Source of the DNA: Octopus vulgaris
Lineage: Eukaryota
NCBI GenBank assembly: GCA_951406725.2
Contig: OX597838.1
Span: 27,590,001 to 27,654,000, forward strand
DNA: 64,000 bases
Direction of reading: 5' to 3'
In this document: in pieces, positions 52,691-64,000 of the stretch
Numbering within the stretch: the first letter of the stretch is position 1
Layout of the letters: the number at the start of each line of letters is the position of its first letter
Made by a program: the position numbers and the translations under genes
Notes under the pieces: generated by a model
The model's input: only the letters and a program-made list of their open reading frames with translations
Databases searched by the model: none
Told to the model about the DNA's origin: nothing

Positions 52691-53050
52691 TGGTGTTCCA
52701 CCAGCCTTGATACCTAGTCTACATGTTCTCTGGTGTTCCACCAGCCTTGATACCTAGTCTACATGTTCTCTGGTGTTCCACCAGCCTTGATACCTAGTCT
52801 ACATGTTCTCTGGTGTTCCACCAGCCTTGATACCTAGTCTACATGTTCTCTGGTGTTCCACCAGCCTTGATACCTAGTCTACATGTTCTCTGGTGTTCCA
52901 CCAGCCTTGATACCTAGTCTACATGTTCTCTGGTGTTCCACCAGCCTTGATACCTAGTCTACATGTTCTCTGGTGTTCCACCAGCCTTGATACCTAGTCT
53001 ACATGTTCTCTGGTGTTCCACCAGCCTTGATACCTAGTCTCCATGTTCTC
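52691..53050. repeat. 40-bp tandem repeat x9
   Basis: TGGTGTTCCACCAGCCTTGATACCTAGTCTACATGTTCTC: eight identical units plus one with a single A>C difference; no spacers. Confidence 0.97.
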
Positions 53051-53646
53051 GATGTCTTGGTTGAATCTTTCTCCTTGGTCATCACTTATTGCCTGATGAT
53101 TTTGAAAGAAATAGTTCAGATGGCAGTGCAGGAAATGCACATTTACACACATGTTGCAGCCCAGTGCTTCGAAAACTGCTTAAAAGGATCTGCACGAGAT
53201 CTTCATAATTTGATGACTTCCAGTTTCCCAGGAAATCAGATACAACTGCAGCAGAAGCATCCTGTGATTCTATTTCGATGCCAGACATGGTCTCCAAAAA
53301 ATAGCTCATCCGGAAATAGCCACCAATTACGTGGCCCATTAAAACATACCAACCGTAATTTTCTCAAGACAAAACTGGAAACTTTCTGCTTAAGCATTTG
53401 AAGCAGTCTCCGTTTCAATGTTTCAACACATGTTTTACCCACTATATGGGGTGCCCAGGTTTTGTCTTGTCAGTAAGCTTTCTTCACAAAATCTGTGATT
53501 ATATTTCACTGCCTAATCCAGAAATAAGCAGAAGTCATCAGGACCGTTTTAACATTCTCTTCTCTCACAACTTGCTATATTTCTGAAACACAAAACGTAT
53601 TCAAGCCAGCTGTCACCTGGGTAAAGTATTTTCAGAATAGTCCATA

Positions 53647-54043
53647 GGCACTGGAGTGGCTGTGTGGTAGGTAGCTTGCTTACCAACCACATGGTTCTGG
53701 GTTCAGTCCCACTGCGTGGCACCTTGGGCAAGTGTCTTCTACCATAGCCTTGGGCTGACCAAAGCCTTGTGAGTGGATTTGGTAGACAGAAACTGAAAGA
53801 AGCCTGTCGTATATATGTACATATATATGTATGTGTGTGTGTTTGTATGGCTGTGTTTGTCTCTCCAACATCACTCAACAACCAATGCTGGTGTGTTTAC
53901 ATCCCTGTAACTTAGCAGTTCGGCAAAAGAAACTGATAGAATAAGTACTAGGCTTACAAAGAATAAGCCCTGGGGTTGATTTGCTCGACTAAAGGCAGTG
54001 CTCCAGCATGGCTGCAGTCAAATGACTGAAACAAGTAAAAGAG
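53647..54043 (+). mobile_element. SINE family A
   Basis: Full-length copy. Confidence 0.9.
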
Positions 54044-54391
54044 TTATAAAGTAAGCAAATGCAGATTTGTGATGACCAAGTTCTATTGAGAGCATTCACA
54101 CCATGAAGTTCTTTTTACAGTTCTTTGACCATGCTTGATGAAAAGTGACCTTGACCCATATGACCTCACAATTAAAACATTAAGGCCACATTCAAAATAC
54201 CAGTTTCCAAAAGAAACGGTTTAAAAGTTCAACGAAACATGTATCATCTAGTTTGCAATGATAGTCACACTAAATTAAGCAGAGCGTGTGCATATCTGCA
54301 GATAAATTCCGCAAACATGAGACATGTATGGTGTCAAGGACCAAAAAAAAAATGTTGTTTCTTAACATTTCACTGTATAAAGGATATTTCT

Positions 54392-54623
54392 TATTTCTTT
54401 ATTGCCCACAAGGGGCTAAACATAGAGGAGACAAACAAGGACAGAGAAAGGGATTAAGTCAATTACATTGACACCAGTGCATAACTGGTACTTAATTTAT
54501 CGACCCCGAAAGGATGAAAGGCAAAGTCGACCTCAGCTGAATTTGAACTCGGAACGTAACAGCAGATAAAATACAGCTAAGCATTTTGCCCGGCGTGCTA
54601 ACGATTCTGCCAGCTCGCCGCCT
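54392..54623 (-). mobile_element. SINE family B with TSD
   Basis: Flanked by TAAAGGATATTTCT and TAAAGGACATTTCT. Confidence 0.88.
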
Positions 54624-56411
54624 TTAAAGGACATTTCTATCACCATCATGACATTAGAAAATGGTGAGATTGAAAATAATGAAAGTTGCTTGTCATTTAA
54701 TGAAGATACTTAAATGATGACTTTTGGTTTTACTTTCGTATTTCTATTTACTTTAAATGACATTGAAAAACTATGTTTTCAAAGTTATGTCATGTTCCAG
54801 ACATGGGTTCGCATTTGATGAAGTCAAAACTATCCTTAGGAATGGTGACAATACCGGAAATGTTGAAAAATGGACATCTTAATTTGTGGAAAATCTTAAC
54901 GTGATAGAGCAAAATGGATTACACTTTTGAAATCAGCACCCCAGAATTAGTAGGACAAAACATCAGACAACAAAAACCCTGTTTCTCAGTAACTCATTCA
55001 CATACATACATACATTTATATTACATATACACACACATACACAAACATGTATATATAATGTATGTGTATATATATATGTGTGTCTGTGTGTGTGTATGTA
55101 TTGCATCTTGCCTGAAGCAAAAGTCTGTCAAAATGTTTTGTGCAGAACTTCCATTTGTTTTGAGATATCTGGATGAATATTCCGATACTTTCTTATCCTA
55201 TATTTATTTTATTCCCTGCAGTTCCTCGAACCAGTGATAAAGGTAAAAAAAAAAAAAGAGCAAGGGACTGGGTGGGGGAGGCTTTCTTTAGAATTTATTT
55301 GTAAAGACAAGAATTTTTTTAAAAAAATAGATTTTGATGTGATTGGAGTTGAAGGATTCACTAATGAATATTTTACCAAAATACACCTTTATTTAAATTG
55401 AGTGCCAAAAGTATTGGGGGTAAAAGAATAATTGGAAGAAACTGTCATAGAGTATTATATAGTATACATGTGGGTGTGTTGTGGGCTGAATGATTAAGAA
55501 TTTCGCTTTGCAGGCATGAGACCGCGCTAGCATGGGTTGGACGGTTCGACCGGGGTCTGGGAAGCCAGGGGCTGCACCAGGCTCCAGTCCGATCTGGCAG
55601 AGTTTCTACAGCTGGATGCCCTTCATAACGCCAACCACATATATGAAAGGCTTCCACACAGTTTCCATCTACCAGATTTACTCTCAAAGCATTGTTCAGC
55701 CCAGCTCTATGGTAGAAAACACTTGCCCGAGATTCTACACAGTAGGACTGAACCCAAAACCTTGTGGCTGCAAAGCAAGCATCTTAACCACACAGCCAAG
55801 CCTGTGTCTATTATTTATCAAAACATGAAAGCAATTCATTAACATTGTTAATTAAAATACTTGTAGCAAGAGAATAGGCACAGCTGAGATGTATTCGATA
55901 AGATGATGTAGGGAAATTGGTTTCGTTCAGGACTGGGGAAAACTACAGCCTTAAGGCTTACGTGCAACATTACAGAGTAGCATTATATTAATTCATTAAA
56001 TATATATATATATATATATATAAATCAATAAATGGTGGGGTTGTGTTGACCGCATGTGGAGAAATGATAGGCAAGGAAAAATTATAAAAAGGCAGAATGC
56101 TAAATTGAAGGTAAATTTTAATGAAAACGGGTGTATGGAAAATTAAAAAAAATTTTTTTTTATATATTAACTCTAACCGGTTTTTGTCACAGTGTGACTT
56201 TTCAAGAATTGTAAGGTGAAAAGAAATTTTTTTTATAATTGAGGAGGGGGAAAAAAGAAAATGACATTGTTTTTTGCAAAAAAATAATAAACATATACAA
56301 AAATTTAAAAATAGGTACACCGATACATTGTAAAGTCTTTGTGTATCTCGAGTTCAATGATAGTCCTTGGAAAAATTACCTTGGAGGATTAAGATCCATG
56401 TGATTAAATCG

Positions 56412-56442
<31 letters not shown>

Positions 56443-56444
<2 letters not shown>

Positions 56445-56740
56445 GAGGCGCAATGGCCTAGTGGTTAGGGCAGCGGACTCGCGGTCGTAGGATCGTGGTT
56501 TCGATTCCCAGACCGGGCGTTGTGAGTGTTTATTGAGCAAAAACACCTAAAGCTCCACGAGGCTCTGGCAGGGGGTGGTGGCGATCCCTGCTGTACTCTT
56601 TTGCCACAACTTTCTCTCACTCTTTCTTCTGGCCTGCTCGCTTAGCCAGCGGGGTAGCGTCATTTGAAGGCTAAAACAATGCGAAGCACATTGTGACCAG
56701 CGATGTGTAGCAACATCTGATAGCCTGGTCGGTCACGGTG
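56443..56740 (+). mobile_element. tRNA-derived SINE (third family) in (TG)/(TA) microsatellite
   Basis: A-box TGGCCTAGTGG, B-box GTTTCGATTCC, non-tRNA body of about 220 bp. Confidence 0.75.
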
Positions 56741-57088
56741 ATATATATATATATAGACATATGTATGTATGAACATTTATATAATACTTTAAAAACATGC
56801 ATGTATGTAGCTATATTTGCAGTGTGTGTGTGTATGTATATATCATGATCATCATCATCGTTTAAAGTCTGTTTTCCATGCTGGCATGGGTTGGATGGTT
56901 TGACTGGGGTCTGGGAAGACAGGATGCTGCACCAGGCCCCAATCTGATCTGGCAGTGTTTCTACAGCTGGATGCCCTTCCTAATGCCAACCATTCCAAAA
57001 GTGTAGTGGGTGCTTTTTACATGTCACCGGCACGGGCCAGAGGAGCTGGCATCAACCACAATCGGGTGGCGCTTTTTACGTGCCACCG

Positions 57089-57292
57089 TATTACACTTAC
57101 ATCAGTGAGAGGCTTTATTAAATTACTCATCAGTTTCCATCACAACTGTCTGATGAACGGGAACCTGAGGTTCTGAGTAACAGTTTCCTGATGATTTTGC
57201 AACTTTGATAAAAGCATATTGCTCTACCTTAGGTATCCGAGTACTATTTTTTTCCACCCTATTTTTCATTTATGCGCTTACTCACCTACGCA
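57089..57292 (+). mobile_element. Decayed Penelope-like pLTR fragment with degenerate hammerhead
   Basis: CTGATGA at 57150, stem GGAACC/GGTTCT, GTAA in place of GAAA; tail GATAAA...TGCTC...GAGTA like that of the 33 kb element. Confidence 0.45.
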
Positions 57293-57790
57293 CATGTGTG
57301 TGTGTGTGTGTGTATATATACAGAATTCTTCTCAAAATTCCTTGTCTTGTGAGTTAGTTGGTGACCCTGCCAGTGCTGGTGCCATGCAAAAAGCATCCAA
57401 TCCACACTGTAAAGTGATTGGCATTTGGAAGGGCATCCAGCTGTAAAAATCACGCCAAAACCGACCTCGCCTGTGCTGGTACCACATAAAAAGCATTCAG
57501 TTCCCTCTGCAGGGTGGTTGGTGGTAGGAAGGGCATCCAGTCATAAAACCCTGCCAAATCAGGCACAGTAGCCTGGGGTAGTCTACTACCTGGCCGGCTC
57601 CTGTCAATCGTCCTACCCATGCATGCATGAAAGACAGACGTTAAATGATAATGACATATATACACTCACACACACATAACATACATTCAGACTTATGCAT
57701 ACATACACACACACACACACACACGCACATATTTCACACAGCAGATATAACTTACCCTGTGTGTGCTCTGATTCTCTCTCTCTCTGTTAC

Positions 57791-58184
57791 TCTCTCTTTT
57801 ACTTGTTTCAGTCATTTGACTGCGGCCATGCAGGAGCACCGCTTTTAATTGAGCAACTTGACACCGGGACTTATTCTTTGTAAGCCCAGTACTTATTCTA
57901 TCGGTCTCTTTTGCTGAACCGCTAAGTGACGGGGACATAAACACACCAGCATCGGTTGTCAAGCGATGCTAGGGAGACAAACACAGACACACAAACACAC
58001 ACACATACACATACATATATACAACGGGCTTCTTTCAGTTTCCGTCTACCAAATCCACTCACAAGGCTTTGGTCGGCCCGAGGCTATAGTAGAAGACACT
58101 TGCCCAAGGTGCCACGCAGTGGGACTGAACCCGGAACCATGTGGTTGGTAAACAAGCTACTTACCACGCAGCCACTCCTGCGCC
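57791..58184 (-). mobile_element. SINE family A
   Basis: Full-length reverse-complement copy. Confidence 0.9.
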
Positions 58185-58885
58185 TGTGTACCCATGTAAA
58201 AATAATTCTTTCAGTTAGATCTCAAAGTGAACTTAGCCATCCACTAAAGTAAGTACTGGTCTCAGTAAGCCGAAATAAAACTGTCGAAGGCGGTGCTCCA
58301 GCATGGCCACAGCCTACTCACCGAGTCCAGTAACAAACTATAAACAGCTGTTGAAGAAAATGAGCTGATTTTAAAGTTGATCACTGGCTGTGAACAACTC
58401 AGAAATTAGCACAACACCTTCCTATATCACATGGCAATCACCTATCTTTTACCAGTTCAGGTGTGTCTTTTTATCTTAGAACAGAAAATTAGACAAGATT
58501 TCTGTTTGATCTTTTCAGGTAAATGTTAATTTTAATCCTGAAGATTAGATTATTGTTAAGTTATTTTCTAGCATGTTCTTTGTAGGTATATATATGACAT
58601 GTGTATGTGATGTATATGTGAATATATATATATGTCATGGGTACGTCTTTGTATGCTGTATATATATGTGGGTGTATGGGTGTAACTAAGTTTGGAAAAA
58701 TCTATATATTGAAATTTGGTCAATGGAGACAATAGGTGAAACCATTGTGTGTGTGTGTGTGTGAGATTTTGTGTGTATTTGTGGCTTTGTGTGTATCTGT
58801 ATGTATGTTGGATTCTGTGGTGGGGGGTGCTCTGTGTCTATGTATGTGGGCCTCTGTGTATGTATATATGTGTGGTGGGGCATTC

Positions 58886-58918
<33 letters not shown>

Positions 58919-59058
58919 CTGTCAGTAAGGTATGGTGGGGTTGGTGCCTCCAGCTGTAGAAAGCATTCCAAACCAGGCATTCAAGCAAGAGAGAGCTTGT
59001 CAAATCCTCTTGAATTACCTGACCTATGCCAGCATGGAAAACAGACATTAAATGGTGA

Positions 59059-59092
<34 letters not shown>

Positions 59093-59677
59093 GACAAGCT
59101 TTTTATGGTTTCCATCAACCAAGTTCATTCACAAGCCATTGGTCAGCCTAGGGCAATAGTAAGAAGACTCTTACCCTAGGTACCATGCAATGGGAACGAA
59201 CCCAGAACCCAGAAAGGTTGACAAGCAGACATCTTAACCTACACAACAAGGCCAGTACATCGAGTATTGGCTCCATTTATTCTTTCTGGAGAAGACGATA
59301 GAAATGTTTTCTTCAGTTTGGCTTCTGTGAGGCAGAGTTCCACTGAATAAACAACTTCAACAAGCTTATAAAATGTAGATAATGCTGACTTTGATAACGG
59401 TCTAATTAGGGAGTAATTACGTTTGTTATGTTATATTCCGTTTCCAATCCTCTGTGAAAAATAATGGCACCAAATGCTTTAATCCTTTTTGTTTTTTTTA
59501 CCCTGAGCTAAACTAAGATACTAATAAATAGCTTGTAAATGACTTTCCTATGCATATGCTTAGCATAAAACAACCAACATGAGCTCTACTTGAATATATG
59601 CATGTGTGTGTGCATATATATATGTATGGTCTGTGTGTGTGTGTGTATATATTTATATATATAGTAGAAATATAATA

Positions 59678-59712
<35 letters not shown>

Positions 59713-59723
59713 GAAATATAATA

Positions 59724-59765
<42 letters not shown>

Positions 59766-59802
59766 TAATATTAGGGAGTAAATCCAAACTTACAGGGATT
59801 TA

Positions 59803-59840
<38 letters not shown>

Positions 59841-59900
59841 TCATATACTCATCTATATAAACATACACATTGCATATGAGTGTGCAGGTTTATGTGTGTG

Positions 59901-59938
<38 letters not shown>

Positions 59939-60510
59939 TTTGTATATATGTATGTATACATATATAGTCATATATATAAACATACACACATTGCATATGT
60001 GTGTGCAGGTTTGTGTGAGTGTGTATATATAAATAGATATATATGTATATATGTATTCATATGAAAGCTTAATAGTGTATATAGCTTTTCTTGTTGGGTT
60101 TTCTTGTCGTCTAGATTTAGAAAATGGGGTATTGATTTCTGGTATATGCAAATGGTCTGAAGTGTATATACATATGGAGAGAGAGAGAGAGAGAATGAGA
60201 AGGAATAAGAGATACAGCAAATGAGGGGGTGGGGAAGAAAGAATGAAAGAGATAGAGAATGAGATTATGTGGCATTAAAACTCTTCTCAAGGACATGAAC
60301 CAAAGTTAAATGATGTGAATTGTTCCAACGAGGAATCAAAATTAGATCGCACTGACTTAGCTCACCGAGCAAGCTTACTTCAACTCTGTTACATTTAACT
60401 TGAGAAAGGAAATTTTTTTCATTCTGTTTTTTTTTTTTTTTCTGTTTTTCTTTTTTCTCTTTTCATCAAATTTTTACTACAAAGTATTGTTATGTAATTA
60501 TTCTTTTTAA

Positions 60511-61475
60511 GGCGGCAAGCTGGCAGAAACGCTAGCGCGCCGGGCGAAATGCTTAGCGGTATTTTGTCTGTCGTTATGTTCTGAGTTCAAATTCCGCCAT
60601 GGTCGACTTTGCCTTTCATCCTTTCGGGGTCGATAAATAAAGTACCAGTTACACACTGGGGTCGATGTAATCGACTTAATCCGTTTGTCTGTCCTTGTTT
60701 GTCCTCTCTGTGTTTAGCCCCTTGTGGGTAGTAAAGAAATAGGTATTTCGTCTGTCATTACGTTCTGAGTTCAAATTCCGCCGAAGTCGACTTTGCCTTT
60801 CATCCTTTCGGGGTCAATAAATAAAGTACCAGTCACACACTGGGGTCTATGTAATCGACTTAATCCGTTTGTCTGTCCTTGTTTGTCCTCTCTATGTTTA
60901 GCCCCTTGTGGGTAGTAAAGAAATAGGTATTTCGTCTGTCGTTATGTTCTGAGTTCAAATTCCACCAAGGTCGACTTGCCTTTCATCCTTTCGGGGTCGA
61001 TAAATAGAAGTACCAGTTACACACTGGGGTCGATGTCATCAACTTAATCCCTTTGTCTGTCCTTGTTTGTCCCCTCTATGTTTAGCCCCTTGTGGGTAGT
61101 AAAGAAATAGGTATATCGTCTGTCATTATGTTCTGAGTTCAAATTCCACCAAGGTCGACTTGCCTTTCATCCTTTCGGGGTCGATAAATGAAGTACCAGT
61201 TACACACTGGGGTCGATGTCATCAACTTAATCCCTTTGTCTGTCCTTGTTTGTCCTCTCTATGTTTAGCCCCTTGTGGGTAGTAAAGAAATAGGTATTTC
61301 GTCTGTCATTATGTTCTGAGTTCAAATTCCACCAAGGTCGACTTGCCTTTCATCCTTTCGGGGTCGATAAATGAAGTACCAGTTACACACTGGGGTCGAT
61401 GTCATCAACTTAATCCCTTTGTCTGTCCTTATTTGTCCCCTCTATGTTTAGCCCCTTGTGGGCAGTAAAGAAATA
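60511..61475 (+). repeat. Family B SINE with body tandemly repeated five times (183-184-bp unit)
   Basis: Units start GGTAT at 60558, 60742, 60926, 61110 and 61293; only the first has the A-box head. Confidence 0.92.
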
Positions 61476-62179
61476 TATGTAATTATTCTTTGTTTGTTTT
61501 TTTGGTTTGTCTTTTATCTTCAACTTGTTTCTGTCGTTGAACCATGGCCCTGCTGGGGCTGCATGTGAAGGGTTTTTTTTTTTAATCCCACAAATCAACT
61601 TATTTTCTCATAGCTGGATGCTTATTCTGTTGGTTTCTTTTGCTGAACTGCTAAGTTTATAACTGGCACTTCTTCGATTACGACGATGAGAGTACCAGTT
61701 AATCCAATCTACAGAACAGCCTGCTTGTGAAATTAACATGCAAGTGGCTGAGCACTCCACAGACACTCGTACCCCTAACATAGTTCTCAGGGAGATTCAA
61801 TGTGATACAGAAGGTGACAAGGCTGGCCCTTTGAAATACAGGTGCCCTTTATTTTCGTGAACTGAGGGGACTGGAGCAACATGAAATAAAGGTCCTGCTC
61901 AGGGGCACACTGTGCCAGTGGCAGTCAAACTCACAACCAAACCATCATCACATACCCACATGTACAATGGGATTCTTTCAGTTTCCATTTACCAAATCCA
62001 CTCGGTAAACTTCCCGTACATAACTCGTGCTTCATTTATTAATCCTGTAGTGATGAAAGGTAAATGTATTCAGTGTACACATGGATGACATAAAACACTG
62101 CACAGTGACCCCACAACCACCACCACTAAATCTCTCTCCAATCAGGAATGAACCTGTGTCTGTACTGTCTGAGTTCACT

Positions 62180-62640
62180 GATTGGATGAATTTGACATTG
62201 ATGAACTTTGGTGATTGGTTGAGATTGACTGTGACTGCAGTGGTTTGTTGTGATTAATTGTGAATGGTTGAGATTGACTTTGATGCTTGGTTAGATTAAT
62301 TGTAATTAACTGCTGTGATTGACTATAATTCACCATGGTTTGGTTGAGAGTGATTATGACTAATTTCAGTGATTAGTTGAAATTCATTGTGATTAGTTTC
62401 AGTGATTGACTGTGATTGATTGCGATTAACTTCGGTGTTTGATCATGATTGATTGTGATTAATTTAAGTAATTGGTTAAAGTTTGTGTTTCACTTCAGTG
62501 ATTTAGTTGCGATTGACTGCAGTTAAGCTTAGAAATTGCTTGAGATTGATAATGATTAGCTTTGGTAAATGACTGTAATTAACTTCAGTGACTAGATGAG
62601 ATTGACTGTGATTGGCTGAGATTAATTGTGCTTAACTTTG
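62180..62640. repeat. Degenerate short-period repeat (TGATTGAC/TGATTAAC-like)
   Basis: More than 25 GATT(G/A)AY motifs at 10-20 bp spacing. Confidence 0.7.
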
Positions 62641-63014
62641 GACCTCCCTCAAGGACTTAGTATTAGTTTCGTTAAAAAATCTGAATTCCTTTTAACAGCT
62701 GAAAGTAGTTTGTATGAAAACTTTTTAATGATGGTGAGTCATTAGACTGGAGTTTTTGTAAGTCAATAATCTTAATGATAATGACTCATTAGACATGAGT
62801 TTTTGTAAGTCAATATTCTTCTGCAACACTAATTAGTAATCTGGGTTGTGGCAGCAGTGTTAACAATACTTTGGTAATTAATGTTTGTTGGTCAAAGCGG
62901 TGTTGTTCTATGGCTAGTACAACTGTTGTGGGATTTGAACCCATGGTGTATTTCCCTTAAGGGCCAGCATTTTTTTAAAGATACAGACACTACTACACAT
63001 TGTATTGCTAAGCA

Positions 63015-63515
63015 TCTCTCTCTCTCTCTCCCTCTCTGCCACTTGCTTTGTCCATCTGTTTCTCTCCCCCCCTCTCTCTCTCCCACTTGCTTTGTCTGTT
63101 TCTTCATCCATCTTTCTCTTTGTCCATCTGTTTCTCTATTCATTTTTCTCTCCCTTCCTTCTCTCTGTTTCTTTTTTTTTCTCTCTCTCTCACTCACATC
63201 CCTTTCTTTCTCTCTCTCTCTCTCTCCCTCTTCCCTGCCCTCTCAGTCTCTCTCTCCCTTTCTGTCCTTTCTCTCTGTCCCTTGCTGTCCCCTTCTCTTT
63301 CTCCATCTCTCTCTCTCTCTCACTCACACCCCTTTCTCTCTCCCTCTTCCCTGCCCTCTCTGTCTCTCTCCCTTTCTGTCCTTTCTCTCTGTCCCTTGTT
63401 GTCCCCTTCTCTTTCTCCATCTGTTTTTCTATCCATCTCGCCTTCTCCTTTCTCTTGCTCTACCTCCTTCCCCTGTCCCCCTCCTCATGCCTTTCACTCT
63501 CTCTCTCATACCCTC
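63015..63515. repeat. Polypyrimidine (CT-rich) tract with an internal ~115-bp duplication
   Basis: TCTCTCTCCCTTTCTGTCCTTTCTCTCTGTCCCTTG.TGTCCCCTTCTCTTTCTCCATCT occurs twice. Confidence 0.85.
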
Positions 63516-64000
63516 ACACACATTCACTCCCCCCCCCGTCCACCCTTCTCTGTTATCTGCAAGAAATACAAATCCCAAGAACCAGATATTCAAACTATCC
63601 CATTGTTCGGAACCAAACAGTATTTTGATCTCATAGGATCAACGTTCAGGAAATAAGCTCCAGCAACAGTGAAAACCCTGACCGGTGATGGGGCAGCCAC
63701 GTTTCCTTATGTAACTTAGACAAATCTTCGGTTTGTCTTTATGTGGTTAAGATTCAACTTGACGACAAACTGACTACACTTTTTTTTCCTTCCTCCTCCC
63801 CATTTTCTTCTTCCTTTTCTTTCCTTTTCCGTTCCTCTTCCTCCCCCCCGCCTCCTCCTCCTCCCTTCTGTGGGTTGTATTTACAAAAATATACCATCAT
63901 AAATGTCAGTGTTTATAATTTGATAATGCCATTCAAATGTATTAGTAAATATCACAACCGAGAAATTGCTTTGAAGCACGTCTGGCTCTCTGTGAATGAC

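Larger units (their letters stand above)
51929..54300 (-). pseudogene. Fragmented Chapaev3-like (CMC) DNA transposon, interrupted by two SINEs and a 40-bp array
   Basis: Frameshifted VVSDFLGNWKSSNYEDLV...HFLHCHLNYF...ISDDQGERFNQDIENMETRYQGWW (about 52690-53340); terminus-like ...TGTTACCCAGT at 51929. The upstream limit is uncertain, and a related terminus lies on + at about 54880-54990. Confidence 0.7.

Noticed and set aside
52691-53050. CRISPR array
   Set aside because: Contiguous 40-bp units with no unique spacers, no cas genes, eukaryotic context.
56443-56520. Functional tRNA gene
   Set aside because: The acceptor stem does not close, there is no terminator, and it continues into a SINE body.
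57956-58252. Recurrent peptides such as RRHLPKVPRSGTEPGTMWLV and MTTDAGVFTSP as a gene family
   Set aside because: Incidental translations of SINE family A.
62881-63656. 200-250 aa ORFs
   Set aside because: A CT-rich low-complexity tract lacks stop codons by composition.
49957-64000. Next numb exon or a vertebrate-like 33-nt PTB insert microexon
   Set aside because: No GDxLRVVD/DQTIEKVSFCAPD-like sequence or in-frame AG..GT microexon found by eye (the acceptor at 51226 hits a stop); a microexon could still be missed.

Overview
Eukaryotic, AT-rich, microsatellite- and transposon-dense DNA; the SINE/LINE families look like those of an octopus (cephalopod) genome, which is inferred from family recognition and not from a search. 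The only protein-coding gene I can support is a + strand Numb orthologue. Two small coding exons of its N-terminus/PTB domain (18357-18504 and 49882-49956) are separated by a 31.4-kb intron, so essentially the whole window is probably intronic. Almost all listed ORFs are translations of microsatellites or SINEs. The rest is tRNA-derived SINEs (CORE-type and Meta-type), 3' ends of CR1/L2- and RTE-group LINEs, TTAA and TA MITEs, a non-autonomous Helitron, decayed hAT and Chapaev3-like transposases and several minisatellites. The main unexplained signal is a set of type I hammerhead ribozyme folds from different Penelope-like/retrozyme-like elements. Three loci have complete folds: 3669-3713 (-), at the tip of a long G-U-rich rod; 20132-20190 (-), with a compensatory U3-A8 core; and 33267-33317 (+), mirrored inside a perfect 87-bp fold-back. 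Several decayed copies and a perfect 159-bp inverted repeat also occur. Hammerheads in Penelope-like elements are a known association, so novelty would lie in these particular families and variants and in any effect on numb pre-mRNA. All folds were derived by eye and are untested.
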